This document shows, piece after piece, positions 1 to 12,559 of a DNA stretch of 64,000 nt. The notes under the pieces were generated by a model, which was not told the origin of the DNA, made no database searches, and was given only the letters and a program-made list of their open reading frames with translations. Source of the DNA: Octopus sinensis (taxonomy: Eukaryota); the NCBI RefSeq assembly GCF_006345805.1, contig NC_043017.1:3410001-3474000 (forward strand), read 5' to 3'. Position 1 is the first letter of the stretch. Every line of letters begins with the position of its first letter. The translations under genes were made by a program, and so were the position numbers.

Positions 1-96
1 CACGACCACCAACACTGAAACATATTAGTTTTGCCTGAAGATCATGATGACATAAAACTCGAGTAATGACCATGGCTCAACTTCAGTCTTAATTAA

Positions 97-319
97 CCCT
101 TTTGGTACCATATTTATTTTGAGATGCTCTCTGTTTCTTTCAATTAATTTTAAATATAACAAAGAATTTAGTAAAATAACTTAGTTATCATTCAGCTAGT
201 GTTAGGAACAGAAATTGTGACTAAGGTTTGGTGGAAGATTTTTAATTCAAAACTTATGAAAACAAGACATTTGTACTACAGAGGCAGAGTTGGTTTCAAC
301 TGGGTTGGTATCCAAAGGG
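97..319. mobile_element. piggyBac-type non-autonomous element (MITE), followed by a truncated tandem copy at about 351-530
   Basis: TTAA|CCCTTT...AAAGGG|TTAA termini; the interior is repeated at 351-530 and, inverted, at 35805-36025. Confidence 0.8.
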
Positions 320-589
320 TTAAGAATTGTTTCTCTGTTATATATTTGAACCCTTTCATTACCGTATTTCTGTTGAGATGCTCTGTGTTTCTTTCAACTG
401 CTTTAAATGTAACAAAGAATTTAGTAAAATAACTTACTTATCATTCAGCTAGTGTTAGGAACATAAATTGTGACTAAGGTTTGGTGGAAGATTTTAATTC
501 AAAACTTATGAAAATAAGACATTTGTACCCAGGACCAAGTGGTTGAGAAGCAAAATTTCCATAACCAGCGTTCACATGCATCTATCAAC

Positions 590-1407
<818 letters not shown>

Positions 1408-1572
1408 ACGACGGGCTTCATTCAGTTTCCGTCTACTAAATCCACTCACAAGGCTTTGGTCGGCCCGAGGCCATAGTAGAAGACACTTGCCCAAGGTGCC
1501 ATGCAGTGATAATGAACCCAGAACCATGTGGTTGGTAAGCAAGCTACTTACCACACAGCCACTCCTACGCCT
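1408..1572 (-). mobile_element. SINE family A, 5' (tRNA-derived head) half
   Basis: Reverse complement AGGCGTAGGAGTGGCTGTGTGGTAAG...CACATGGTTC...GGGCAAGTGTCTTC, found many times in the window. Confidence 0.9.
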
Positions 1573-1924
1573 ATGATTAAAAAAATATATAATTTTCCAT
1601 TTGCCTTGTACTCATCTAAACAAAAACTGGAAACTTTATTTTAACGGGTTTTCCAATTTCATATTGATAATAATAAAGTCATAAATTCATTTTTATGCTG
1701 TGTAATGACTGATCGTGAGTAAATTATTAAGCAATTAAAAGGATGTGGACTTCTTTCCCATGTAAGAAAAAAAATCTCCAAAACTTTAAAAATCTTTTAA
1801 CAACACAGGAGCCATCTACGCCTTCAGAAATGCAACTCAGTAAAATTTCAATAAGAAACGTTAATTATTAATAATTTAATGAGGAAACAAAGTTGGTGAG
1901 GAACATCACAATTCATTAAACGTA

Positions 1925-2015
1925 GACAGACAGAGAGACGGAAAGACGGACAGACAGACAGACAGACAGATAGATAGATAGATAGATAGATAGCTAGATA
2001 GATAGACACTTTTAT

Positions 2016-2079
<64 letters not shown>

Positions 2080-2096
2080 GTAGGTAGGTAGGTAGG

Positions 2097-2143
<47 letters not shown>

Positions 2144-2176
2144 GTAGGTAGGTAGGTAGGTAGGTAGGTAGGTAGG

Positions 2177-2230
<54 letters not shown>

Positions 2231-2409
2231 TGTTTCTTTATTAGCCACACAGGGCTGCACACAGATAGAACAAATTACAAGGTAGAGCTTTTCTTTTGAA
2301 GGTTTAAAAAAAAAAAGGAAGGGGGAGTTTCGATCAAAAGGGATCGTAAAAGGAGAGAAAGAGGACAAAAAAAAGGGGGTTTAAAAAAAGGGGGAGAGGA
2401 AAAAAAAAA

Positions 2410-2441
<32 letters not shown>

Positions 2442-2536
2442 GTAGGTAGATAGACACGTTTATATAGATAGATACATACATACACACACACATACATGCA
2501 TACATACATGCATGCATACATACATACATACATACA

Positions 2537-2569
<33 letters not shown>

Positions 2570-2660
2570 GCATACATGCATACGTACGTACATACATACA
2601 TACATACATACATACATACATACATACATACATACACACACATACGTACACACAGTTACA
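1925..2660. repeat. Compound (GACA/GATA/GGTA/CATA)n microsatellites
   Basis: Tetranucleotide arrays seen directly at 1925-2230 and 2412-2660. Confidence 0.97.
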
Positions 2661-3676
2661 CGTATACACAGAAACACAGCTGCATTAATCTAAATATCGA
2701 TTACATCATGACACGTACTTAATGCTATTTTCTGCCAATTACAGGTAGCAGAACAACACATGGTCAGTCGGTTGACAACAAAGCCGTTTCTTATAAAGGT
2801 CATTTTCTCATTATATCAGTTTTAAATCTGATATCTAAAAGGTGTGGCACTCTTTGCTTAAGATCCATATGGACATCTAAGTTTAGACTTAAATTCCGTG
2901 TCTGCTTTACTAATCCTGCTGTGGTTAATATTTCCTAAGGTTGATAATATAAAGAACCCATCAAGTACTGGGAGAGATCTCTAGTAAGTGATGCGTTCCT
3001 ATACAATAGCGTCGGAAATTATCTAGTGTGCCAAAATCCTTAATTGCTTTGAATATGTAAGCTTTAAGTATTGTATAGATAATAATTTCAAAAACCGAAT
3101 TTGGCTGGGGGTAGCTCCCATCCGTCTCACCTTCCATTTCGGTTTTGACTTCTGGTTCGAGAATTTTTTTTTTCAGACTTATTACGCATATTTTTGAAGA
3201 ATCCTAATTTTAAACGCTTAAAACATATATCTGAGCAAAAAAGACAAAAAAAAACGAACATTCACAACAAAGTCAACAAAGAAGAATAACAAAAAAAGAT
3301 GGAGCGGTACCCTCATCCTCGATACAAAAAGAAAGTTGCTGGATCGTAATCTACAATGCTTAGATCTTACACATCCAAAGAAATTAGGGTTTGCGGGGGG
3401 CGCACTAGCTAATCTACAACTCTGTTCCACGGGAACACGGAAAATGTCCAAGACCGTCAGCCCTACGTTGCATGCTCTGGTCTGAGATATTCCCATAAAA
3501 CTTGTTATCTTAACATCCAATATTCTATCTTTCCTCGACACTGCTGCAGGAAAGAAGCCCGATATGCTAGAAATAGTTACAACGTCGCTCTCAAATCGCA
3601 ATCCATTGTCTAGAAAAGAAAGGACACACTGAGTAGTGTAGTCCTAGATGCACTGCATCTGAAATAAATAAAAAAA

Positions 3677-3824
3677 CCACAGGTAAGTTATACCAGGAAT
3701 GTCTTCGACCTACAGGTTCGTACTTTCTCTCAGAACTCATGGATTGTTGTTTAACCCCAAGTAAGTTCTGAGAGAAAGTACGAACCTGTAGGTCGAAGAC
3801 GTTCCTGACATAACTTACCTGTGG
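3677..3824. repeat. 61-bp near-perfect inverted repeat with a 26-nt loop (hairpin)
   Basis: Arms 3677-3737 and 3764-3824 are reverse complements with 3 differences. Confidence 0.95.
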
Positions 3825-5048
3825 TGATTTCTATAACCCTTTTACATTTACTATTCTCTGGGGACCCTCAAAGGTCATTAATTCCTAATATATCCATACA
3901 ACACGAATCCATGCATCTCTGTACATGTTTATACTTCTCAAAGAGTTAAGTGTCATATATCGCGGGAAAGTTGTGGTGCACCTGAGCACTGTATACATAT
4001 ATTTGGAATTAATTCAGTTCACTGCCTCTGCCGTTAGACGTCAGTAAATGCTAAGCACAATTACAGATTAGGGCCTCGCAATCTGCGGGAAACTTTTAAA
4101 TAATTAATATGTATATTTTCAATCTTTGCAAGACTTCCTGGTGTACATTTTTTAACAGGGGGGCCTCCGATCATGCTTTAAGGCTGCCCCCTAATTAAAA
4201 TCAGGCACCGGACAAAGCCAATAAATTAATAAAAAGACATGTCTAACACTTACCTTTTCAACATTCTCGTCACTGAATGAAGCTTCAGATTATTTTTGAC
4301 AGGACAAAGTAAGGGTCGCGTTGCGAGTTGAACGAAAATACTGCAAGTTCGAAACATTTTCAAATACTTATTTGATTTAAAAATTTTTTGTGTGTTTTTC
4401 CAATTCTTTTCTTTTCCTTTTGTTTTGTTTGTGTATTTTTATTTGATTTCAAATCTCAGTTTTTTTTTATTATTATTATTCTATCACTTCAAAAACGATC
4501 TGTATATAAATATATTGTATATATTTTTCTTTCTTTCACTTTTTTAGGTTCTCTCCTTGCTTCGATGATTCTTAATTTCCTATTCTTTCATGCTTCCTCG
4601 TTTTCAAACCTCGAAATAACCGCAAAACCTGACTGGCTTCTATGGAAAAAAGTTTTACACTCAACTGTTGAAACTTATATGGGAGCAGCAAATGACTTTA
4701 TCGTATGTTCTTGTTACCAGCTGATGGTGCTGTGCGTTAACAGGGTGTTGATGTTTATGTTCATAGATTTGTGGCTGCTGTTGTTATTAGTGTCGAAGGT
4801 GGTCGTGATGGTAGTATTCAGAGCGAGGTGGTGGTGAGGGGCAGGAGCGGTTTGCCGGGAATTACTCTTTGCTTATTGATTAATTATTAGGATCAATAAG
4901 AAAACAGCCTCGGCTTGATTGCCGTAATCATGCTGTAATAACCTGTGTATTTTTCTTTTTTTTTTTTTTTTGTTTAGTTTGCACTTGAAACGAAAATAGA
5001 ACATCAGGTATGACCCACTCTCCAGCCGATCCAATATTTCTTCTCTCG

Positions 5049-5449
5049 AGGGCGGCGGGTTGGCAGAACCGTTAGCACGCCGGGCGAAATGCTTAAGGGT
5101 ATTTCGTCTGCCGTTACGTTCTGAGTTCAAATTCCGCCGAGGTCGACTTTGCCATTCATCCTTTCGGGGTCGATTAAATAAGTACCAGTGAAACACTGGA
5201 GTCGATATAATCGACTTAATCCATTTGTCTGTCCCTGTTTGTCCCCTCTGTGTGTAGCCCCTTGTGGGTAGTAAAGAAATAGGTATTTCGTCTGTCTTTA
5301 TGTTCTGAGTTCAAATTCCGCCGAGGTCGAGTTTACCTTTCATCCTTTCGGGGTCGATAAATTAAGTACCAGTTGTGCACTGAGGCTGATGTAATCGACT
5401 AGCACCCTCCCCCAAAATTTCGAGCCCTGTGCCTAGAGTAGGAAAGAAT
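5049..5449 (+). mobile_element. SINE family B (Deu/Nin-domain-like), one head plus two body units
   Basis: GGCGGCGGGTTGGCAGAA head; the GGTATTTCGTCTG...GAGGTCGAC...CATCCTTTCGGGGTCGAT..AAGTACCAG body occurs twice. Confidence 0.85.
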
Positions 5450-5601
5450 ATTTCTTCTCTCGTCTTTTGAATACAGAAAAAATATTTACATCTCGATTTG
5501 TTTACATGATGTGTAGCACGGAGAGAGAAGTGGTGATGTGCATGCATGTGCAAGCACAAATAGGGGTAACTATGTGTATTTGAGTGTACGTCTATATACC
5601 G

Positions 5602-5659
<58 letters not shown>

Positions 5660-6140
5660 TACGGCGGGCTTCTTTCATTTTCCGTCTACCAAATCCACTC
5701 ACAAGGCTTTAGTTGGCCCAAGACTATAGTAGAAGGTGCCATGCAGTGGGACTGAACCCAGAACCATGTGGTTGGTAAGCAAGCTACTTACCACACAGCC
5801 ACTCCTATGCCTCATACATACGTATATGTATGTATATATTTATGTGTGTGTGTGTCTCTTTGTGTTTGTGCTTCCCCCCCCACCGCCTGCTTGACAGTCA
5901 TAAATACATACATACATACATATACATACATACTGCTAGTGTATGTATATATATATGTATGAGCATGTATGTATATGTATGTATTTATGTATATATATGT
6001 ATGTTTATGTATGTATATATTTATGTATATAAATATATGCTTACATACACATATATACATATATATACATACATATATACAGATATATACATACATACAT
6101 ATATATGCATGCATACATACATACACTTATGTACATACAT

Positions 6141-6172
<32 letters not shown>

Positions 6173-6513
6173 GTATATATATAATTATACATATATTATG
6201 TAATTATGGAAATGGATGTAAAGAAAACAAAAAAAAATCAATGGTAATCAGGTAAACAGCCATCAAAGCTAAATGATTAGAATTGAGAGGAAGCCAAGTG
6301 AGCCATTTGAACCGATACCAAAGACGATATTCCTTCAGGTTTCTACAATGAGATAATGAGAAATGTGAAACAGCAGATCTCAGAAGAAAGATTCTTATGG
6401 CTGGAAAATCAGTTGGAAAATGTCAAACACATCGATACCAAGAAATACTAATATCAAACACAGAAATATCATTATCATTATTGTTGTTATCATTGTTGTT
6501 ATCGTCGTCATTG

Positions 6514-7104
6514 TCATTCGACGTTCATGTCCCATTCATGGGCATTACAATTTGGCATTGCTTCTGTCTCTGAAGTCAATTTAATAGGGTCAGTACTGTG
6601 ATCATTGTCATTTGATGACACCTCAATTTCTGAATCATAGGCTGTATTGTGGGTCTCACTGCTTAGCATTACTTCTGTCTCTGGTTTAGATTTAACAGAA
6701 TCAGTGTGTGATATATTATTATTTAACATTACCTCTGTTTCTGATTTGGGTATAGTAGGGTCAATGTTGTGGGTAGAATTATTTAGGATGTTTTCCCTCT
6801 CAAATAAGTTTTCATGGTCAGAATGGGAAATAGAATTATTATTGACATTGATGACGTTAAGAACTTCTGTGTCTTCCTCCACTTCAAGTTTAATATGATC
6901 AGTGTTTTGAACCTCTTCTACTTCTGGGTTGAGTTCAACCAAGGTTTGATCAGTCTGATGGTTTAATACTTTCTCTGTATTTGGCTTCAGGTTTGTCTGG
7001 TCATTATCTTTACTGGCTGAGATTCCTTCAGTTTCTGGTCTCAATTTAGTCTGGTCTTTCTGATCATCACTGCAGTCCAAGTCCTTCTTTATATCTAGTT
7101 CTAC
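6514..7104 (-). CDS. Orphan acidic, repeat-containing open frame (candidate exon)
   Basis: About 196 stop-free codons (frame opens after a TGA near 7105); D/E/N/T-rich with a recurring D-x-x-K-L-x-x-E-T-E motif; no in-frame ATG near the start and no recognisable domain. Confidence 0.45.
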   Translation of the reverse strand, partial: VELDIKKDLDCSDDQKDQTKLRPETEGISASKDNDQTNLKPNTEKVLNHQTDQTLVELNPEVEEVQNTDHIKLEVEEDTEVLNVINVNNNSISHSDHENLFERENILNNSTHNIDPTIPKSETEVMLNNNISHTDSVKSKPETEVMLSSETHNTAYDSEIEVSSNDNDHSTDPIKLTSETEAMPNCNAHEWDMNVE

Positions 7105-7479
7105 TCATGTCCTGGGTTGGACAAATTGACAGGACCTGGTGTGTCCAAGGACTTCCTTATGCCCCAGTGTCTGTTATGCCCTGGTGGTTTATATGGCCAA
7201 ATCCTCTTCCTAACACCAACCACTTTACAGAGCTGACTCGGTGCTTTCATTCAGGCTACCTGCACTATCGAGGTTGCCATGCAGCTCATGGAACTACACC
7301 CCACCCCCCTCGGCGGGCGGGGGGCAAAGAGAAGGGCCATCTCCTCACTAGGGAATGAGTGGTGCAGCAGTGCAGGTTCTTGAAGAGGATTTGCATGGCT
7401 AATCATATCTTGTAGGGGGGAAGGAAAAAGAGAAAATTACCATTAGGAACTGCAAGAAACAGATCCTAAGAAATAGGGC

Positions 7480-7745
7480 ACAACTAGATCATCAGTATAT
7501 TGGAATTCTAATGAACACCTCTGTGATAGCTTGTAGGACTAGAATAAACAGTAGAGGAATGAGAGCTAAATTCATCGCTGAAGTCATTACCAACACTCAC
7601 TTTACTAACTGCATCCTTTTTGCACAGCTTGAATCACTTACACAATCCATTTATCAACTCCTAGTTTCCTCAGCGCCCACCAAAATACTGAACATAGTAC
7701 CCTGTCAAATGCTTTCTCCAAACCAACAAAATCTAGGTATAGTTT
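7480..7745 (-). mobile_element. RTE-clade LINE reverse-transcriptase relic
   Basis: Translates to FVGLEKAFDRV..FWWALRKLGVDKWIV, PLLFILVLQAIT and DDL, with stops and deletions. Confidence 0.85.
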
Positions 7746-8147
7746 AGAAGGTACCCATGCCAATGACATGTGAAAAGCACCCATGCCAGTGACACCTAAA
7801 TGGCACCCACTACACCCTTAGGGTGAGTAGTATTAGGAAGGGCATCCAGCCATAGAAACCAAGCCAAACTCAGACTTGAGTCTGGTACAGCTCCCTAGCT
7901 TACCAGTTCCAGTGAAACTGTCTAACCCATACCAGCATGGAATACAGATGATGATAATATGTGTGTGTGTATATATATATAACAGCCATCATTATGGTAT
8001 CTTATTTGAAATTGTTGAAGGAAAATTTCCCTAAGCAACACAAATATTACACTATATATAAATATATATATATATATATTACACATTCTTTATTTTCTCT
8101 CCTTGTTTCTTTCGGTGTTCCTTTCTGTGGAAGAGCATAGGCTCGAA

Positions 8148-8182
<35 letters not shown>

Positions 8183-8204
8183 ATATGTATGTATGTATGT
8201 ATAT

Positions 8205-8426
8205 ATATAAACTTCTGATGCAGCATGGAGTTTTATCAGTGAACAGGTCGTGGTCTCAGAGCGACGAAAATATTTTGTTGAATTAAATTTAAATGTTGAA
8301 GTGGATTTAACGGTTTTTGTGTGTTTCTTAAATGGCTTGTAAACACCTTCCACACTGCAATTATTTTTCATTCCAGCACACGATCTCAGATCAGGTCACT
8401 TGCTATGCAAGTACATCTCCATGACA
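8205..8426. repeat. Interspersed-repeat fragment of uncertain class, possibly Penelope-like
   Basis: Non-genic block flanked by TA microsatellites; contains a three-way-junction-like fold (see findings). Confidence 0.4.
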
Positions 8427-9046
8427 TACATACATATATATATATATATGTGTGTGTATATGTATATGTATATAAAGCTTCTGTCACCAACATTAACTTA
8501 GACCTCTCTCTCACCTATGTTCGACAACAAATTGAATCAGCATTTTCTGTAAACATCCTATACACAAAGAATCAGGATTAGCCACAAAGAAAACTTTGAT
8601 CAACACAAGTTGTAACATGAAAAATAATGAAATTACAAGTTGTAACATGAATGGGACGTTTCTGCCTCATGGGCCCCAATGAAAAGTTTAATCTTTAATG
8701 TATATGCTTGGCTGAATCCAAACAATCACACACACGAAAATTTTTAAAATACTTTTGCATTGTTTTGGCAACAAAAATATTTATAACGGTTATGTATATC
8801 AGACAATGCTTCCTGAAAACAATACTACTCTAATACGGGTGTCTGTGCGTGGGTAAACTCAAATTTGTAAAAATCTTCTGAAAATTCCAAAAAGTAAAAA
8901 GTTATGAGGGGTTATACGGGGGTGATGAACCAGAATTCTGCCGGGTATGCTTGGCCTTTAATATAGACCCATAGTTCGCAACCCTAAAACAGCGCCCCCT
9001 TTCATTTCATGGTGTTTTACAAACACCTCTCCCTCCCCCTCATATC

Positions 9047-9453
9047 TTACTCTTTTTTACCCTTTTACTTGTTTCAATTATTTGACTGTGGCCATGCTGG
9101 AGCACCGCCTTTAGTCGAACAAATCGACCGCAGGACTTATTCTTTGTAAGCCTAGTACTTATTCTATCGGTCTCTTTTGCCGAATCGCTAAGTTACGGGG
9201 ACGTAAACACACCAGCATCGGTTGTCAAGCGATGCTAAGGGGACAAACACAGACACACAAACATATACACGCACACATACATATACATACGACGGGCTTC
9301 TTTCAGTTTCCGTCTACCAAATCCACTCACAAGGCTTTGGTCGGCCCGAGGCTACAGTAAAAGACACTTGCCCAAGATGCCACGCAGTGGGACTGAACTC
9401 GGAACCATGTGGTTGATAAGCAAGCTACTTACCACACAGCCACTCCTACGCCT
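9047..9453 (-). mobile_element. Full-length SINE family A
   Basis: Head, central CA/TA tract and CTCCAGCATGGCCACAGTCAAA...GAAACAAGTAAAAG tail. Confidence 0.92.
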
Positions 9454-10595
9454 ATACTATAAATTTTTAAAATTAACGGATTATTTTAATCAATCGAAGC
9501 CTAATTCTGCTCACTGGTTTATTATCTGATAAAGATATGCTTCTTTTTAGATATTAGCTTAACTACAGTACCCTATGTTTTTAAATTCCTATGGAAATTA
9601 CCGACGAAAATGTTGACTTCCGTAACGAAATTATATTCTACCCTAACGGATCATGAATCATACGGCTGCTGAAGAATTTAATTTCGTCAAAACGTTACAT
9701 GTTGCATCTGGTTTTCAAAGAAAAATCTCGACTTTACTAAACTCTCAACGCCCTCCCCTTCCATCTATGCTAACAAGGGACCCCACACAATATAATGCCA
9801 TGTGTGTCTAACAAACCAATATATCAATATTCAGTTATTGGTTCGTCCTGATCGAAGGGACGTACCAGCCGTAACCTATTTTTAAGGGATGTTTAGGAAT
9901 GATTACATTATTTAGGGTGCACTTTCTCTCCTTTTCTTTCTTTTATTTTAACAATCGGAAGTTGTAATTTGAGGTAAATTTGGCTGTTATTTCGTATAGG
10001 TCGAGCAGTCACAGAAAACACCTGTTCAATCTAGTTATTGGCGAAGGGAAATAACTTGGCCTATATATGAAAGTTGCCTTCCTTGCATTAATTACACTTA
10101 TGCTAAACGTAATTGAAAATTTTTCATGGAATGAGATGCTCTTTGCTTAATTAAATAATGATAATGATGATAGTTGCTGCACACACCCCAGCAACACGGA
10201 GGTATAACAGGTGATGCAGTGAAGACGGATGAAATGTCGCTAAGCAATTTGCCCGTCCGTGCGGGCTAACGATTCTGCTGCCAATTTGACGCCCGAAATA
10301 GAAATATAATACTAAAGGTCTACTGTCGACCTCGGCGGAATTTGAACTCAGAACGTAGCGGCAGACGAAATATCTCTAAGCATTTGGCCCGGCGTGCTGA
10401 CGTTTCTGCCATCTCGCCGGCTTAAAGGAGCAAAAAGTGTCGTTAATTAAAAAGTCGAGTCTAAAACCGAAACAAGTGCGCGGAGAGTTATTCTAAGGGA
10501 AGGAACTGTAAGTTTACATTTGTCGAGGGCAGTGTTCTTACTCTCAAGTCGTAATTAATATCATTTTTGTTGCAAGACAGAAAGTAGAGACTTAC

Positions 10596-11100
10596 AGCAA
10601 AAAAGTACGTGTAACAACTTATAACTGCGGTTTGTATAATTTCATGGCCTTACAATGTTACTTTAAAACCTTTTCTTTTTTTTATAAATTCCTTTTCAAC
10701 GGGAAACAATTGAAAAACATAGGAATTAAAGTTTTTAGATTGATCATGTGTAGATTGAAGTTATTCTGTCGCACTTCGACGCTTTTATTGAACTTTTTTT
10801 GCTTATTGTTGAAATTGGGTTTTGTCGACGTTGGAATTGTAACATCGTTGGTCATTTGTACTAAGTCACAACATTTGGCAGCTGGTTATAGATTCTCTGG
10901 CACTTCTACTGTTCCATTTGACGGCCTCACACCGATTTAGCACCCCGTCCGTCCCACGAATTTAATTCCTCTGAATTTTCTTAATAATGTATAGTTTTCT
11001 TGTTTAATGAAATTTTAAATATATACGTTTTTCACTTTCTGCTCTCACTTCGAAGCAAATGTCGCTTTCCACACGTCATGGAAACAAAAGTAAGTAAATG
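10596..11100. promoter_or_regulatory. Candidate bidirectional promoter / first-exon region
   Basis: CpG-enriched non-repeat DNA with outward-facing donors: minus GCT|GTAAGT at 10595 and plus ATGGAAACAAAA|GTAAGT at 11090. Confidence 0.4.
11078..11089 (+). CDS. Candidate first coding exon (METK) of TOR1AIP paralogue a
   Basis: ATG GAA ACA AAA then GTAAGT (phase 0), compatible with the acceptor at 12208. Confidence 0.35.
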
Positions 11101-11526
11101 GAATTACTTTACAGAAATTGACGAACAATCAGCTGATCCAAAAGACATTTCTGCAAGTCAAAACGAAACCTCACCCAAAATGCCCCCACCCCTCCACCAA
11201 AATAATTTGTTATTAACCAGAAAATAAAGAAATTTGTATCTTTAACCATTCTTTGACTTACTCGTGATTGTTGTTGTATAACAGCCACATGATATCGTTC
11301 AGGAAACGGTTTAGGTTCGTAACAATAAGATGATGGGCCAGAGATGACGAAATCAATTCGAATTGAAATAAGTTCTTCACATGTTCGGCAGAGTTTATGT
11401 GGGATCAGGACGCCCACTTCAGTTGAATCTTCGGCACTACTTACATACAGAGGTCCCGATGCATCTACATAACGATGGTTATGCAGTGGACAGTTGAAAT
11501 TGTCAGAGCTTTGAATAGAATGCTAT

Positions 11527-11907
11527 ACTCTTTTACTTGTTTCAGTCATTTGACTGCGGCCATGCTGGAGCACCGCCTTTAATCGAGCAAATCGACCACG
11601 GGACTTATTCTTTGTAAGCCCAGTACTTATTCTATCGGTCTCTTTTGCCGAACCGCTAATTGACGGGGACGTAAACACACCAGCATTGGTTGTCAAGCAA
11701 TGCTAAGGGGACAAACACAGACACACATACATATATATATATACGACGGGCTTCTTTCAGTTTCAGTCTACCAAATCCACTCACAAGGCATTGGTCGGCC
11801 CGGGGCTATAGCAGAAGACACTTGCCCAAGATGCCACGCAGTGGGACTGAACCCGGAACCATGTGGTTGGTTAGCAATCTACTTACCACACAGCCACTCC
11901 TGCGCCT
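11527..11907 (-). mobile_element. Full-length SINE family A
   Basis: Same head, body and tail as 9047-9453. Confidence 0.92.
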
Positions 11908-12207
11908 ATGCAGCAGCTTTTTTTTTTTTTTTGCATTCTGAGTTCAAACCCCACTGTGGCCTGTTGAGTTGTAGGCTTTAGCCATCACTGCCTGGTCCTT
12001 AGGTTTGCAAACACTCAGGTTAGAACTTGTTTGCTCCATCAGTGCTCTCAGCAGTTTCAGAAGCCCTAGAAAAGTGTCATGGGCACTGCCTTTTCTCTTG
12101 ACTAAAAGAGTTTTTTAAAAAGTAGGGGAAGGGGGGAAACGTTCCTACTTTATTTATTTGTTTATTTTTTATATTTTCAGGACTCAACAGTGAAAATTTT
12201 TACTTAG

Positions 12208-12266
12208 TTGAAGAGAGAAAATGAGAAATCCTATGAAGGAAGTTTATATGAAGAAGATTTTGCTAA
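12208..12266 (+). CDS. Candidate internal exon (LKRENEKSYEGSLYEEDFA) of TOR1AIP paralogue a
   Basis: TTTTTACTTAG acceptor and AA|GTATAT donor; phase 2 matches the acceptor at 12560. Confidence 0.45.
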
Positions 12267-12559
12267 GTATATGACTGTGAGGAGGAAAGACCCTAATATT
12301 TCACACCTTTGCTCTTTGCTTGAAAACATACAAAGAGAAAGAGAGAGAAAGTAGTGTTGGGGTCTTTGCATTTTTCCTTTTGCCTACTTTTGCCATTGAA
12401 AGAAAAATTATATTGTCAACTTGATGTGAGAAATAAATGAAAACTGACTCAAACTTGCAATAATAATAAATTATCAAAATATTTCTGTTAAAAAAAAAAT
12501 ACTGTGTGCCACAAAGTGCTAAAGAATTACTCGTATTTAATGACCGTAATATATTACAG

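Noticed and set aside
3218-3601. 127-aa minus-strand ORF next to the hairpin
   Set aside because: TTG start, no recognisable domain, and the candidate upstream exons do not splice in frame.
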